DNA of 64,000 bases, taken from positions 4,684 through 68,683 of the IMG/VR virus record IMGVR_UViG_3300035698_007174. One strand, written 5' to 3'. The stretch's first letter is position 1; each line of letters opens with the position of its first letter. Origin of the DNA: a virus. Positions 47,832 through 57,880 of the stretch are shown one piece after another. The position numbers were made by a program, and so were the translations under genes. The notes beneath the pieces were generated by a model. It did no database searches, was not told where the DNA came from, and saw only the letters and a list, made by a program, of their open reading frames with translations.

Positions 47832-48095
47832 ATGTATAATTGTCATAGTAGTTTTACTTATGAAATGTGTGGGGTGAGTATGAGGGTAGCAATGGAATTT
47901 AAATTGCCGGAAGAACGTAATCAGTTTTATATGGCTGCGGATGGGGAAGACTACTATTCAGTTTTGTGGGAGTATTCGCAGTACTTTTTTAGCTTGGCTA
48001 AGTGTAGAGATTTGACAGACGAAGAGATCAGCTTGCGGGACAAGTTGTATGAGTTCATGGACGACTTCCATGTAGATTTAAACAAAATATCATAA
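47832..48095 (+). CDS. Hypothetical protein
   Basis: EFKLPEE motif common in small phage proteins; start likely MRVAM. Confidence 0.6.
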   Translation: MYNCHSSFTYEMCGVSMRVAMEFKLPEERNQFYMAADGEDYYSVLWEYSQYFFSLAKCRDLTDEEISLRDKLYEFMDDFHVDLNKIS

Positions 48096-48105
48096 AGGAG
48101 TTTAT

Positions 48106-48324
48106 ATGTTATTACAATTTTATACAACTAAGGGGTACACGCTCATCGACACGTCTAAGTATGAGTCTATTGAAGTTATTAATCAGCCCATTGGTTTTAC
48201 TTTGGTGTTAATTGAAAGTGTGTGGGAAAATAAGAAAGGAAAAAGATACGCAAGTGATGGGGTGTATGGAAAAGTTAAGACAGAATTCGCATTGTCATCA
48301 GGGAACTTCACAGTAATCAAGTAA
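48106..48324 (+). CDS. Hypothetical protein
   Basis: AAGGAG RBS; last gene before the terminator. Confidence 0.55.
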   Translation: MLLQFYTTKGYTLIDTSKYESIEVINQPIGFTLVLIESVWENKKGKRYASDGVYGKVKTEFALSSGNFTVIK

Positions 48325-48339
48325 CACTCTCAGACGCAT

Positions 48340-48373
48340 AAAAAAGACCCTTCCTTAACCGGAGGGGTCTTTT
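48340..48373. terminator. Bidirectional intrinsic terminator between convergent operons
   Basis: AAAAAAGACCCTTCC-TTAACC-GGAGGGGTCTTTT. Confidence 0.88.
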
Positions 48374-48460
48374 GGTATGATTACCCGTTTATAGGGTGTG
48401 TCGTTTAAATGCACTTGTAGTATCGTGTATTTCCTTGTACGTTTAGAAAAGTCACTGATC

Positions 48461-50152
48461 TTATGTCCAAACAGCAGGAGTAGATACCTTGTTTGTAATA
48501 TTAGCATCAGTAGTATCAATAAAGTCGTTTCCTGAGTTTGCTGCTTCATTTGTGAATAAGGCAGCTCCATAAGTACAATTGTGGAATCCTTCTTCGGCTC
48601 CTCCAACAGAAGTAGCCAGTGTTACATAACAACCAGATATTCCAATACAATTAGCATAACCATAGGCATTTCCACCTGTGGCATCTATGTCAGTCACATA
48701 ACACCCTGAAACTCCTTCACAAGAATTGAGCCCCATGCAGTCTCCATTTAAGGAATCAATATCATTTGCATAACAAGCAGATAGAGCATTACTATTGTAA
48801 AATCCATAAGCTGTTCCTGTTGAAGAATTGTCGATTGTTGTAGCTCGACAACTACTGAGACATTCACACTGATAAAATCCAGCAGCAGCAGCAGCAGAAG
48901 AACTTGTAATTCCGGAAGCCCTACAAGATGAGAGACTTATAGAATTATAAAATCCATAACATACACCAGAACTTGAAGATAAATCAAGAGCTTTACAACT
49001 AGCAATACTAGATCCATTATCAAACCCGTAGACAGCTCCATTAGCATTTGAAATTGTTGTTGCAATACAACTTGAGACTTCTGTACAAGCACTAAAGCCA
49101 TAAACTGCTGATCCTCCACTTGTTATAGTTGTAGAAGTGCATCCAGATAGTTCGGAGCAAGACCAAAAACCATAAGCAACATTAGAAAAGGCATTTATGT
49201 TGGAAGCTAAACATTGGGATAAATGATCACATTCTCGATAACCATAAACAGCTTGAGCAGAGGTTGTGTCTATTGTATCTGCTCTACAATTTTGCAAGTA
49301 ATCACAAAGATAATATCCATATGAAGCGGAACCTCCAGATAGAACATCATCAGATTTACAATTAATTAAATAATTACAATCATAAAAACCATAGGCTGCA
49401 GCTGCAGTACATTCTATGTCATATACTCTGCAATTTACTAAGTTGTCACAATTACTAAATCCTCGTATAATCCCTATACCAGATGTCAGACCTTCTATTG
49501 AGCAATTAACTAAATGAACATAGGGAGCTCCGCCAGCTGTTCCTTCAAAACCGTAAAAGGAAGAAGTTGATTTTCTAAAACTTGTTTTGCATCCATATAG
49601 ATAAGTTTCACCCGTCATATAATAGGATCTAGTTAGTGCATAGGCTCCAACAGCAGTTCCTATAATATTCATATTGTAAATAGAAGACCCAGTTACATCG
49701 AAGTAAGATCGTTCATCTCCTACATCGAAGTAAGATCCGACTTCACAGAATATCAATCTATCCCCAAAGTCTATATTCCCCCAAGTGTCTCCACCAGAAA
49801 GGAATGAAGTAGCTCCATAGCAATTGTATCCACCAGCCAGATAACCCAGATACATAGAAGTGTATTCTAGTTTAATCCGGTAAGCATTTGCTGCTGTTCT
49901 CTCAATGGCTGCATTGAAAAGTGCCTGAGTATTTGCAATGAAGTCCCACCCACCAGAGACTAAACTCTGGATTGCTGGAAATAGTTGTTGATTGGTGTCA
50001 TCTCCCTGAGAGTTCATAACAGAGCCAGTTTGTTCTATGACATAAGCTAGTTCTTCTTGAACAGCATTAAGCCATGGGGCAACTACAGTTGTTCCAGGAG
50101 GTCCATCTTGAAAGCGATTCTCTAAATTATTCTCTCCTTCTATTCTGTGCAT
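48461..50152 (-). CDS. Tail fibre/spike 2 with Cys-rich ~24-aa solenoid repeats
   Basis: Mu-like fibre N-terminus MHRI...WLNAVQEELAYVIE; repeats YGFxxCxxLSxCxAxxI. Confidence 0.85.
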   Translation of the reverse strand: MHRIEGENNLENRFQDGPPGTTVVAPWLNAVQEELAYVIEQTGSVMNSQGDDTNQQLFPAIQSLVSGGWDFIANTQALFNAAIERTAANAYRIKLEYTSMYLGYLAGGYNCYGATSFLSGGDTWGNIDFGDRLIFCEVGSYFDVGDERSYFDVTGSSIYNMNIIGTAVGAYALTRSYYMTGETYLYGCKTSFRKSTSSFYGFEGTAGGAPYVHLVNCSIEGLTSGIGIIRGFSNCDNLVNCRVYDIECTAAAAYGFYDCNYLINCKSDDVLSGGSASYGYYLCDYLQNCRADTIDTTSAQAVYGYRECDHLSQCLASNINAFSNVAYGFWSCSELSGCTSTTITSGGSAVYGFSACTEVSSCIATTISNANGAVYGFDNGSSIASCKALDLSSSSGVCYGFYNSISLSSCRASGITSSSAAAAAGFYQCECLSSCRATTIDNSSTGTAYGFYNSNALSACYANDIDSLNGDCMGLNSCEGVSGCYVTDIDATGGNAYGYANCIGISGCYVTLATSVGGAEEGFHNCTYGAALFTNEAANSGNDFIDTTDANITNKVSTPAVWT

Positions 50153-50161
50153 AAAATCTCC

Positions 50162-51670
50162 TTATGTTGCCCAACTACTACATGAATATTGAATATCGAT
50201 TGCTGCTGCTGAAGTATCTACATAACTACAACCTGGATTTGATACTTCTGCTGTATGAGAAGAGGAAACATAAGTACAGGCATTAAATCCATAAACATTT
50301 CCGGAAATACTGTCAATGTCATCGGCAAGACAAGCTGACACATAATCGCAATCATAAAACCCGTAAGCATCTCCAGTAGTTGCATCAATAGAAGTTGTAG
50401 AACACGCTGATACAAAATCACAATTATTATACCCGTAAGCAGTTCCAGAGGTGGTGTCTAGTGTATCAACATAACAACTAGAGAGACGCTTACACCCATT
50501 AAAGCCATGAGCATTTGCAGTACCAGAATCGAGATTCCCTGCTAGACAACTGGAAACTTGATCGCAAGATCTAAATCCAAAGACTTGTCCTCCAATAGAA
50601 TCAAAATCAAACACTCTACATCCGGAAATTTGATCACAATTTTCAAATCCATAAAGTACAGTACTGGTAGTAGAACTAAAAGAGTATGCTCTACAGCTAG
50701 ATACTTGACTACAGGATTCAAAGCCAATAATAGCTCCGGAGACTGTTGTTGAAAACGCATATGCGTAACAATTAGAAATTTCAAAACAGTTATTAAAGCC
50801 ATAACAATTAGTTAGGGCTGTTGTTTTTACTATGGAATCTGCATGACAATTTGAAATCCGATTACAGAAATGAAATCCATAAATGGCAGCTGCAGAACTT
50901 GTGAGTGTAGTTATAAAACAATTATTTATATTATAACAATAGTGGAAAGCACCGATTATTCCAGAACTTTCAAGATTGTAAGCTGTACAGTTTACAAAAC
51001 TTTGAGTGGCCCGAATAGCTTCTGTAGTCCCACCAGTAAATCCATAGAATGTTGCATTACTTAGTCTTGAACTGGTTTTACAATTTACTAATTTAGATCT
51101 TAATCCAGTAGCATAAAAAGAGTATGAAATTGCTGAAGCTACTGTTCCTGTTCCAATCACACCTAGACCATATATATGACAATCATCATTATCTACTAGC
51201 ACATACCCTTCAGTATTTCCAAAGTCTAAGGAACCACCTGTCTCAGCAAAAAGAATATCGACATTCCCCATCGACAACTCTCCCCAGGTATCTCCACCGG
51301 ACAAGGGAGACAAAGCTCCTGACATCTGGTATCCACCAGAGAAATGTCTCAAGTAGACAGATCTGTAGTTTGTTATAAATCTATAAGCATTCGCTCCGGT
51401 TCTTTCAATGATAGCATTGAAGTGTTCCTGAGAAGATATGACTACTCGGAATCCCGCATTTACAAAACTTTTAGTGGCTGCAAGTAGTTGGTTCTTTGGA
51501 TCCCCATTGGCCCCATAAAGACTTATTCCAGCTCCTTCAATCACACCGGAGATCTCTTCCTGCACAGAGGTCAACCAATCGTCTGTTACTACTGTGGGAG
51601 GTGGTCCCTCTGTAAATATTTTATGACCTTCACTGTCTGTAGTGAAGTTTAGTCCTTCTATTCTGTGCAT
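50162..51670 (-). CDS. Tail fibre/spike 1, paralog of 48461..50152
   Basis: MHRIEG...WLTSVQEEISGVIE; shared LSGGDTWG; same Cys repeats. Confidence 0.85.
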   Translation of the reverse strand: MHRIEGLNFTTDSEGHKIFTEGPPPTVVTDDWLTSVQEEISGVIEGAGISLYGANGDPKNQLLAATKSFVNAGFRVVISSQEHFNAIIERTGANAYRFITNYRSVYLRHFSGGYQMSGALSPLSGGDTWGELSMGNVDILFAETGGSLDFGNTEGYVLVDNDDCHIYGLGVIGTGTVASAISYSFYATGLRSKLVNCKTSSRLSNATFYGFTGGTTEAIRATQSFVNCTAYNLESSGIIGAFHYCYNINNCFITTLTSSAAAIYGFHFCNRISNCHADSIVKTTALTNCYGFNNCFEISNCYAYAFSTTVSGAIIGFESCSQVSSCRAYSFSSTTSTVLYGFENCDQISGCRVFDFDSIGGQVFGFRSCDQVSSCLAGNLDSGTANAHGFNGCKRLSSCYVDTLDTTSGTAYGYNNCDFVSACSTTSIDATTGDAYGFYDCDYVSACLADDIDSISGNVYGFNACTYVSSSHTAEVSNPGCSYVDTSAAAIDIQYSCSSWAT

Positions 51671-51689
51671 AAAACTTCCTTATGTTGAA

Positions 51690-51715
51690 ATGAAAGGGGG
51701 GTTTAGCCCCCCCTT
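51690..51715 (-). terminator. Intrinsic terminator/attenuator before the fibre genes
   Basis: Minus strand AAGGGGGGG-CTAAA-CCCCCCTT then TCATTTC. Confidence 0.65.
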
Positions 51716-51723
51716 GATATTAG

Positions 51724-52314
51724 TTATTGACTGCTTACAACTCCCCAATCTGGTTTGAAATACCATTTACCAATTGTGGAAGCTCCATGATCATCAGATG
51801 GCATTATGAAACCAAGTTTTACTCCGGAGAGTGTAGTTGGTCCTGCACTGATAGCACCTGAAACACCAGAGTCCAGATAAATAGGCATTCCGATTTTTGC
51901 GGTAAAGTTAGCAGAATTAGCTGAAAGGTAAATACAACCTTCAAGCAAAATTACTCCTGTGGAAATACCACCAGCGAGATAGCTTTCCATAGCCACACCA
52001 AGAACACCGATGAAGGTAGATTCATGAGCCCTGTCTGCGTGTATCCAATATCCAGTTGAACAATCCATATACAGAATGTCCTGAAAGGAAGTAGCTGATC
52101 CTATGTACTGTGAATACATTTTCCATCCTCTACCTGTTCTGTCTGTGGTTGTAAACTTAGATTGTGGTTTCGACCAGAAATCGCCCGCATTAGCAAATTC
52201 CGATTCCATTAGTGTTACAACAAAATCTCTTAAATCTTGTGCTGATACTTGTCCGGTTACATTATCTCCAAATAGTGACAATATTGCTGAACGAGTTCTT
52301 TGGGTGTCTGCCAT
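51724..52314 (-). CDS. Virion decoration/appendage-like protein
   Basis: N-terminal DNVTGQVSAQDLRDFV helix; C-terminal pattern LGVA...G...GMPIYL...G...P resembling cement/DUF2190-like domains. Confidence 0.55.
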   Translation of the reverse strand: MADTQRTRSAILSLFGDNVTGQVSAQDLRDFVVTLMESEFANAGDFWSKPQSKFTTTDRTGRGWKMYSQYIGSATSFQDILYMDCSTGYWIHADRAHESTFIGVLGVAMESYLAGGISTGVILLEGCIYLSANSANFTAKIGMPIYLDSGVSGAISAGPTTLSGVKLGFIMPSDDHGASTIGKWYFKPDWGVVSSQ

Positions 52315-52340
52315 AAAAATACTCCTTAATTATTTTTCGT

Positions 52341-53147
52341 TTATGATGCTTGGGAAAAACCATCCCCAAATTCGTCTGTAAAGAAAGCTCCACCAGAATA
52401 CCTATCAAATGAGATTGCAAATCCTTTGTTAAAGGCTCCGGTATAATTTACACCATCGTAGTCGGTGTTGTTTGCAAAAGCAGAGGAAAACTCATTGTTG
52501 AAGTCCAATTCCTTTTCTCCAAGTAAACCCCATGAGTTGTCATAGGTGGGTACTCTGTCAAAAGCTCTGCTGAATCCAGGTCCAAACTCAATTCCGTTGA
52601 AGCGGAACAGTACCATAGTGTGAGCTGGTTTCAAGTTCTTAATCTTTTGTATCAGTTTAGAGATGTTGACTTCTGCAGGTTCATCTACGGAGTCTGCATC
52701 AATTAAGACTGTCCAATAGAAGAGATTGTTTTGTCCACCACAAGGATCTCCGGCTGTGGCTATTCCGGCCCAGAAGGGAGTGTACTGTTCTATAGTAATC
52801 ACATAACCCAGGGCAAGTGCCAGTTCTTCATAATAAGCTGAATTTTGTTCACCAACCTTACGGAGACTTTCAGTAAGTTCCTCTCTTCGTTTCTCTGTGG
52901 TTGAAGCTAAGTCGAATCCCTCTTCCGGTAACCCAAAGTCCTCTTCATGTTCAGTAATCAATTCTGAAGTTGTACTGAGATCTTTTTCATTCAAGAGACT
53001 TAAAGCTCTTGCTTCAACTCTTGCAAACTCCTCACCAAGTCCGTAGAGAAGTTTTAGAATTATTGATCCCTCTTCTGTGTTCCATGCTTTACCTTTTGGA
53101 AGCAGGGAAGCTAACAGGTTTCGATAATCTTTTCCGGTTCTAGCCAT
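52341..53147 (-). CDS. Mu gp48/YmfQ-like baseplate protein with FxxxFxxxF-repeat extension
   Basis: LLPKGKAW, LGYVITIE, KPAHT; ~85 extra C-terminal residues. Confidence 0.88.
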   Translation of the reverse strand: MARTGKDYRNLLASLLPKGKAWNTEEGSIILKLLYGLGEEFARVEARALSLLNEKDLSTTSELITEHEEDFGLPEEGFDLASTTEKRREELTESLRKVGEQNSAYYEELALALGYVITIEQYTPFWAGIATAGDPCGGQNNLFYWTVLIDADSVDEPAEVNISKLIQKIKNLKPAHTMVLFRFNGIEFGPGFSRAFDRVPTYDNSWGLLGEKELDFNNEFSSAFANNTDYDGVNYTGAFNKGFAISFDRYSGGAFFTDEFGDGFSQAS

Positions 53148-54247
53148 TATGTGTAATCCTCGAAAGTAATATCTCCAATCACATGAACTTGTTTAGCTGT
53201 GGAGGTTATGTCTGCTACTGGTGAAGTAATCTTGTGATACTGTTCATCTGCAGTTGCAGAAATCGATTCACTTAGTCTTGACAATCTCACAGAAATTTCA
53301 GGACCACCATCTTGATTGATCAATTCAGTTAGTTTTGTTATGGCTGCTGCTTGAATAGCAGAAGTGTTTGGGTAAATCTGAACTGTCAAGTTGACTGACA
53401 GAGCTTCAGTATCTATCATGATAAATCCAGGATCCGCAGTTACAGGAATACCAACTGTCTTACCTGTAATGGGATCGGTATGCGATTCAATATAATCTCG
53501 AACTGCTTGTCTTTCTGCATCATCCGGAAAAATAGAATCTGCATCATCATCGAAAACAAAAGCCAATCCTACGGTTCCAATTCCGTAGTACTGTTCAATC
53601 GCCCAAGCTCTGGTAACTCCCGAATATTCTTTTGCCCACACTTCATAGTCGGTTTTAGTTCCACCATGAGGGGGTCTTCTTTTTCTAGTTAGGATTGCTT
53701 CCCTGTAATCAGAGTTTGATTGAGGATCAACCCCACCAGTGAGGCCATTACTATCTACTGTAGCATCGGAATTGACATATAAAATCGGGGATAGAAAAGT
53801 TAAAGTAACTCCGGCATCCTCGTTATAATCATTCCCGTACTCTGTTGCAGTAATGGCAACTGAAATAACTCCACCCACCAGAGTAGCAGCTGCATCAGTT
53901 CTGTATATATTTCCTGTCGCTGACTGTAACTGAGTTTGTGCAGAAATTGAAACTCCGGTCGTTCCGGACAAAGCAACTGTTCCGGTAGCTTTAGTACCTG
54001 CGTCTTTGTTGATTCCGTACTCTGCACCATGCCTTTCCAGGAACTCAGCGTCAGCAGTTGATATGAACATTTGATCTTTTATGAAGTTGATATATCCATA
54101 CAGACCATGAGCAACCCCACCCACAACCCGAGACAATACCTTGTACACAGATCGTCTTAAAAAGGTAGAAGCATTGTCTATCCTCGAAGCAAAGTCCGAC
54201 AATATTCGATCAACTACTTCCTGTAATGTTGGTCTTTGATATGGCAT
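53147..54247 (-). CDS. Baseplate J / Mu gp47-like protein
   Basis: RPTL, TADAEFLERHG, GGVD, PPHGGTKTDYEVWA, GVTRAW; start MPYQ. Confidence 0.92.
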   Translation of the reverse strand: MPYQRPTLQEVVDRILSDFASRIDNASTFLRRSVYKVLSRVVGGVAHGLYGYINFIKDQMFISTADAEFLERHGAEYGINKDAGTKATGTVALSGTTGVSISAQTQLQSATGNIYRTDAAATLVGGVISVAITATEYGNDYNEDAGVTLTFLSPILYVNSDATVDSNGLTGGVDPQSNSDYREAILTRKRRPPHGGTKTDYEVWAKEYSGVTRAWAIEQYYGIGTVGLAFVFDDDADSIFPDDAERQAVRDYIESHTDPITGKTVGIPVTADPGFIMIDTEALSVNLTVQIYPNTSAIQAAAITKLTELINQDGGPEISVRLSRLSESISATADEQYHKITSPVADITSTAKQVHVIGDITFEDYT

Positions 54248-54705
54248 TAAATCCCCTCCCATAAATCATTATATTTAAAGGCAGTAAAAGTTCCATCAGT
54301 CTGAAAGATCTTTATACTGGCAGCAACTTTGTCGAGATCCATTCTTTCAGTTTCAACTTCAATTTTAGCTGCAACACCATCATCGATCATCCACTGAAGA
54401 GCATCTTCAATATACTGCTTTGTTGTTCTCAATAGTGCATTTGTCATTTTGGATCGTCTTAATAGCCAGAGCTTACTTCCGATATTGTCATCTGCTTGAG
54501 AGGGTTCTACCAGATCTCCCCACCAGCCTTTACGGTCATCAAGATCATCCAAACCATCGTCTTCTTCACTGGCTCTGGCATCAGTAAATAGAGAAATGAG
54601 TACGGCTGTTTCTATTCCATTCTCTCTGAGAAGATCTCCTTTTAAGACTCCAAAGTCTTCTGTCTGGGTTTCACTGTCCCATACAATCTTTATGTCATCT
54701 GCCAT
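54247..54705 (-). CDS. Mu gp46-like baseplate protein
   Basis: TAVLISLFTDARA, GWWGD, GSKLWLLRRSK, ALQWMIDDGVA. Confidence 0.92.
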   Translation of the reverse strand: MADDIKIVWDSETQTEDFGVLKGDLLRENGIETAVLISLFTDARASEEDDGLDDLDDRKGWWGDLVEPSQADDNIGSKLWLLRRSKMTNALLRTTKQYIEDALQWMIDDGVAAKIEVETERMDLDKVAASIKIFQTDGTFTAFKYNDLWEGI

Positions 54706-54706
54706 A

Positions 54707-55327
54707 TTAACCGCCTGTCTTTACTGTTGTTGTTTCCGCTGCTGATATATCAATTGTAATCGAAGAAGCTGTAGGAGAAATAGTTCCAGGAGCCCCCAAT
54801 CCAACTGTTGCTGTTGTGATATGGATATGAGATTGGATTACTCCTACTAAAGTCTGTAAAGCTGAGTTCAATTCAGCATGAGTGACAAAAGATTTTGTAG
54901 CCCCATTTATATTTACTTTACTTCCTGCAGCAGCATCAATATCAATATCACCCGTTGCAGAGTTCAATGTGATACGAGTTGTATTGCTTCCAGATGGATC
55001 CTTAGCATATAGACAAACATCACCTGGCAGTAAATCGGTAGGCCGGAGTTCTCTGTTGTGAACTGTAACAGCCACTCCTTTAGATCTATTCCCTGCCAAG
55101 AACAAAGCAACAACTTCATCGTTGCCTGTGTCGTTCGGGTATGTTTCCAATCCATATTCTTGAAGTCTTTCCATTTTGGAAATTACCTCATCTCCCAATC
55201 CCTGAACTTTCAATCTCTGGGTTTTCCCTGAGTTGTCAACGGCATTGAGCAAACACCTTCCAACGATTAGAAAGATTCTATTCTTTATAGCGTTTTTAAA
55301 CTTAACAAATTCTTCTCTTCCTATCAT
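54707..55327 (-). CDS. Mu gp45-like baseplate spike
   Basis: QEYG, GNRS, RPTDLLPGDVCLY, HIH tip motif. Confidence 0.88.
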   Translation of the reverse strand: MIGREEFVKFKNAIKNRIFLIVGRCLLNAVDNSGKTQRLKVQGLGDEVISKMERLQEYGLETYPNDTGNDEVVALFLAGNRSKGVAVTVHNRELRPTDLLPGDVCLYAKDPSGSNTTRITLNSATGDIDIDAAAGSKVNINGATKSFVTHAELNSALQTLVGVIQSHIHITTATVGLGAPGTISPTASSITIDISAAETTTVKTGG

Positions 55328-56415
55328 AATAAAGAAATCTCCCTGCTGTCAAAAGTAGTTCGGATACTGTACATTCCAGGATTTAGTGTATAAGTAATTG
55401 GATCCACTAATCCGAGGGTAGTGGTGAATCCACTAGAACCATTATACTCAAAGTAAACTGTATTGATTAACATATTCCTATTTAACTGAAACTTTTCATC
55501 AAAGATATGTACCAGTTTGTTGATGTTCCAGGGAATCTTACCGACAACCTCAGTCCATCCTTCTAGTCGATATGTAACTCTTTTAGATAGACCAGCTCTC
55601 AAGTTTGCTTCAAACCATGATTGAGCTACACATTTTCCAGCATCGTTTGCATACTCAGACAGGATTGTCTTTGGCCTGTGTCTAACAATCTGAGGATCTT
55701 CATATGACCCTGAAGAGGACAAGTACTCAGCAGGAGTAGAGATAGTTGGTGATTCTACACCAGTTCCTTTTATGGTATACTTTGAAAATCTATTCGTATC
55801 TGAATCTACAAAACTTGCTTCTAGTATATTTTGTCTTCCAAGTAGATCAGCAGCAAACATAACATTTGTAGTTTGTGTCAATGTAAGATAGCCATCTCCC
55901 ATAGAAACCGGAAGTATATTATTTGCTCGACATAACTCATATATTATTTCTGCACAATTCTTTCCCTCTTCCAATACGATCTCTGGGTATATTGTGCCGG
56001 AACGAAAAGCAACTGCAGGATCGATGGTCACAGGAATGGTGAATGGTTCAGTGATATAATAAATTATATTTGCTACTGTTACATCAGTCCAATGTCGCTC
56101 AGTTCCATCGAAAGAACAGTCAGATAAATCTGCAACTGTCTCTCTTCCGGAGAAAGAAATAGAACCACCATTTGCATTATAGTTAATTTCAACTTCTTCT
56201 ATGAATCCTATTGAAATTGGAAGTGCATTTATGGTAGCTATATATTTATCACCTTTAGAAATGTTCCACAATTCATGGGTTTCTGGAAAGAAGTCTACAG
56301 TTCTAACTTGTATCTGTCCACCAAGAGCAGACATACTTTTTGCAATCTTAACGTCTTCCCATATACCTTCAAATGTATAACCATTTATGGTCAGTCCAAA
56401 TTCATTAAAATTCAT
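55324..56415 (-). CDS. Mu gpP (gp44)-like baseplate hub
   Basis: GRETVADLSDCS, RFSKY, RHRP, GW...W..N.LV. Confidence 0.88.
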   Translation of the reverse strand: MNFNEFGLTINGYTFEGIWEDVKIAKSMSALGGQIQVRTVDFFPETHELWNISKGDKYIATINALPISIGFIEEVEINYNANGGSISFSGRETVADLSDCSFDGTERHWTDVTVANIIYYITEPFTIPVTIDPAVAFRSGTIYPEIVLEEGKNCAEIIYELCRANNILPVSMGDGYLTLTQTTNVMFAADLLGRQNILEASFVDSDTNRFSKYTIKGTGVESPTISTPAEYLSSSGSYEDPQIVRHRPKTILSEYANDAGKCVAQSWFEANLRAGLSKRVTYRLEGWTEVVGKIPWNINKLVHIFDEKFQLNRNMLINTVYFEYNGSSGFTTTLGLVDPITYTLNPGMYSIRTTFDSREISLL

Positions 56416-57872
56416 TATTCATCCAGTATGACTATCTCATCCCCAGATGGCATAAAGCCTGGATGCTGGATACCCATTTTATTTTTCTTAAAGATTTCAT
56501 CAGCCCTAGAAAGGTCTTCATATTTATCGTAAGCCAAAACTAAGGCACTTGATATATCAGTCGGAACTTTATAGTTATAAGACTTTACGGTTCCTTCTGC
56601 TTTGATTAACATACTGGTGATGAACAACTTCCGAACTGAGTCCAGTTGGTCGAACATATCAGCATTATCTATTTGCTCTGTTGAGTTTCCAATACCAACA
56701 GCTTGAGGACCATCGGCAGCTTCCTCTCCCAGACGTAGCATAAAGTCACTTATGACTTCAACAATTTTATCCAAGTGATCAAACAGTTCATCTTTATCAA
56801 AGAAGTCTGTTCGTATTGCAACCATCATTACATTCATCAGAATTGCAAATGTATTAGTGTCTATGACCAGGGCAATATTTTTAGCCTGTGAGTCTGGGAT
56901 TAATCCGAACTCATCCAGAGAAAAGCCAGTAATTGAATCCAATCCGGTTTTGATAATTGATTTTCCAAGTGTAAGTGGAACCGTAATCCCATCAAGCTCC
57001 GTTACATCTCCCCGAGTAGTCCCCGAGTAGCCCCCCTCGACTCCCCCAATTACAGGTATAGTCACAGTGAACGCTTCAGCATATTCATTTGACAGTTTAG
57101 CTTTTGTATTTATTCCATTATTTATTGAGGACACAACTGAATTTAGAAATAGAGAAACATTCTTTCCCATTCCCGAAGCAACAGCAAACCCAAAAGAAAC
57201 TGTTACAACAGCATCATAAACAGATACACCACTTGCAAGAGTAAGTAAACTGATAACCTTAGAAATATTTCCTGTCATCTCTGATTTAACTTTTGTGGCT
57301 ATCCCATCCAAAGTACTCATGCCTGTCTGAGTGATCGCCAAAGCACTATCAAGTATATTTCCAGTGAAGTCCAGGTATGCTTCAGCAGTGCCATAAGCTG
57401 CTATAAAAGCATCCCCGACAATATCCAAAGCCTGATTGATTGCAGCGTCTATTTTATCGATAAACTCTGTTATAGAAATAGGGAAAGCTCGTTTTCCACC
57501 TTCTACAAAAGTGACAGAGAATCTTACAATCCCACCTTCATTTTTACTTTCGTTGAAGGAAGCCTTGCCCATAATACCAACTTTTTTAGTTCCGTAATAT
57601 GGGTGTATCAAAACACCACTTCCTTCTTTTTGCATAGCTTCGGTCAAAGAATCTCTTTCAGCAAAGTAGTCGTAGAAGTTTGCATCACTCTGTATGATGT
57701 ACCCTTCAACAACAAATACTTCAGCATCCTTTCCCATATCTTGTAGGTATGGCTGACTTCTGTTAGCGTATTGGTGTAATTGATTCCTCCGGCCAACTTG
57801 ATGACTAGAAGAAGCTACATAAAACTTTGCTCCCCTAAAGGACGCTTCTAATAGATTATCACTCCAACTCAT
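56415..57872 (-). CDS. Mu gpN-like DNA circularization protein
   Basis: WSDNLLEASFRGAKF, GRR, DMGK, GVLIHPYYG, C-terminal IQHPGF. Confidence 0.9.
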   Translation of the reverse strand: MSWSDNLLEASFRGAKFYVASSSHQVGRRNQLHQYANRSQPYLQDMGKDAEVFVVEGYIIQSDANFYDYFAERDSLTEAMQKEGSGVLIHPYYGTKKVGIMGKASFNESKNEGGIVRFSVTFVEGGKRAFPISITEFIDKIDAAINQALDIVGDAFIAAYGTAEAYLDFTGNILDSALAITQTGMSTLDGIATKVKSEMTGNISKVISLLTLASGVSVYDAVVTVSFGFAVASGMGKNVSLFLNSVVSSINNGINTKAKLSNEYAEAFTVTIPVIGGVEGGYSGTTRGDVTELDGITVPLTLGKSIIKTGLDSITGFSLDEFGLIPDSQAKNIALVIDTNTFAILMNVMMVAIRTDFFDKDELFDHLDKIVEVISDFMLRLGEEAADGPQAVGIGNSTEQIDNADMFDQLDSVRKLFITSMLIKAEGTVKSYNYKVPTDISSALVLAYDKYEDLSRADEIFKKNKMGIQHPGFMPSGDEIVILDE

Positions 57873-57880
57873 ATATTATC

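Noticed and set aside
48461-51670. Diversity-generating retroelement acting on the tail fibres
   Set aside because: No reverse transcriptase in the window and no near-identical TR/VR pair differing at adenines; the similarity is protein-level paralogy.
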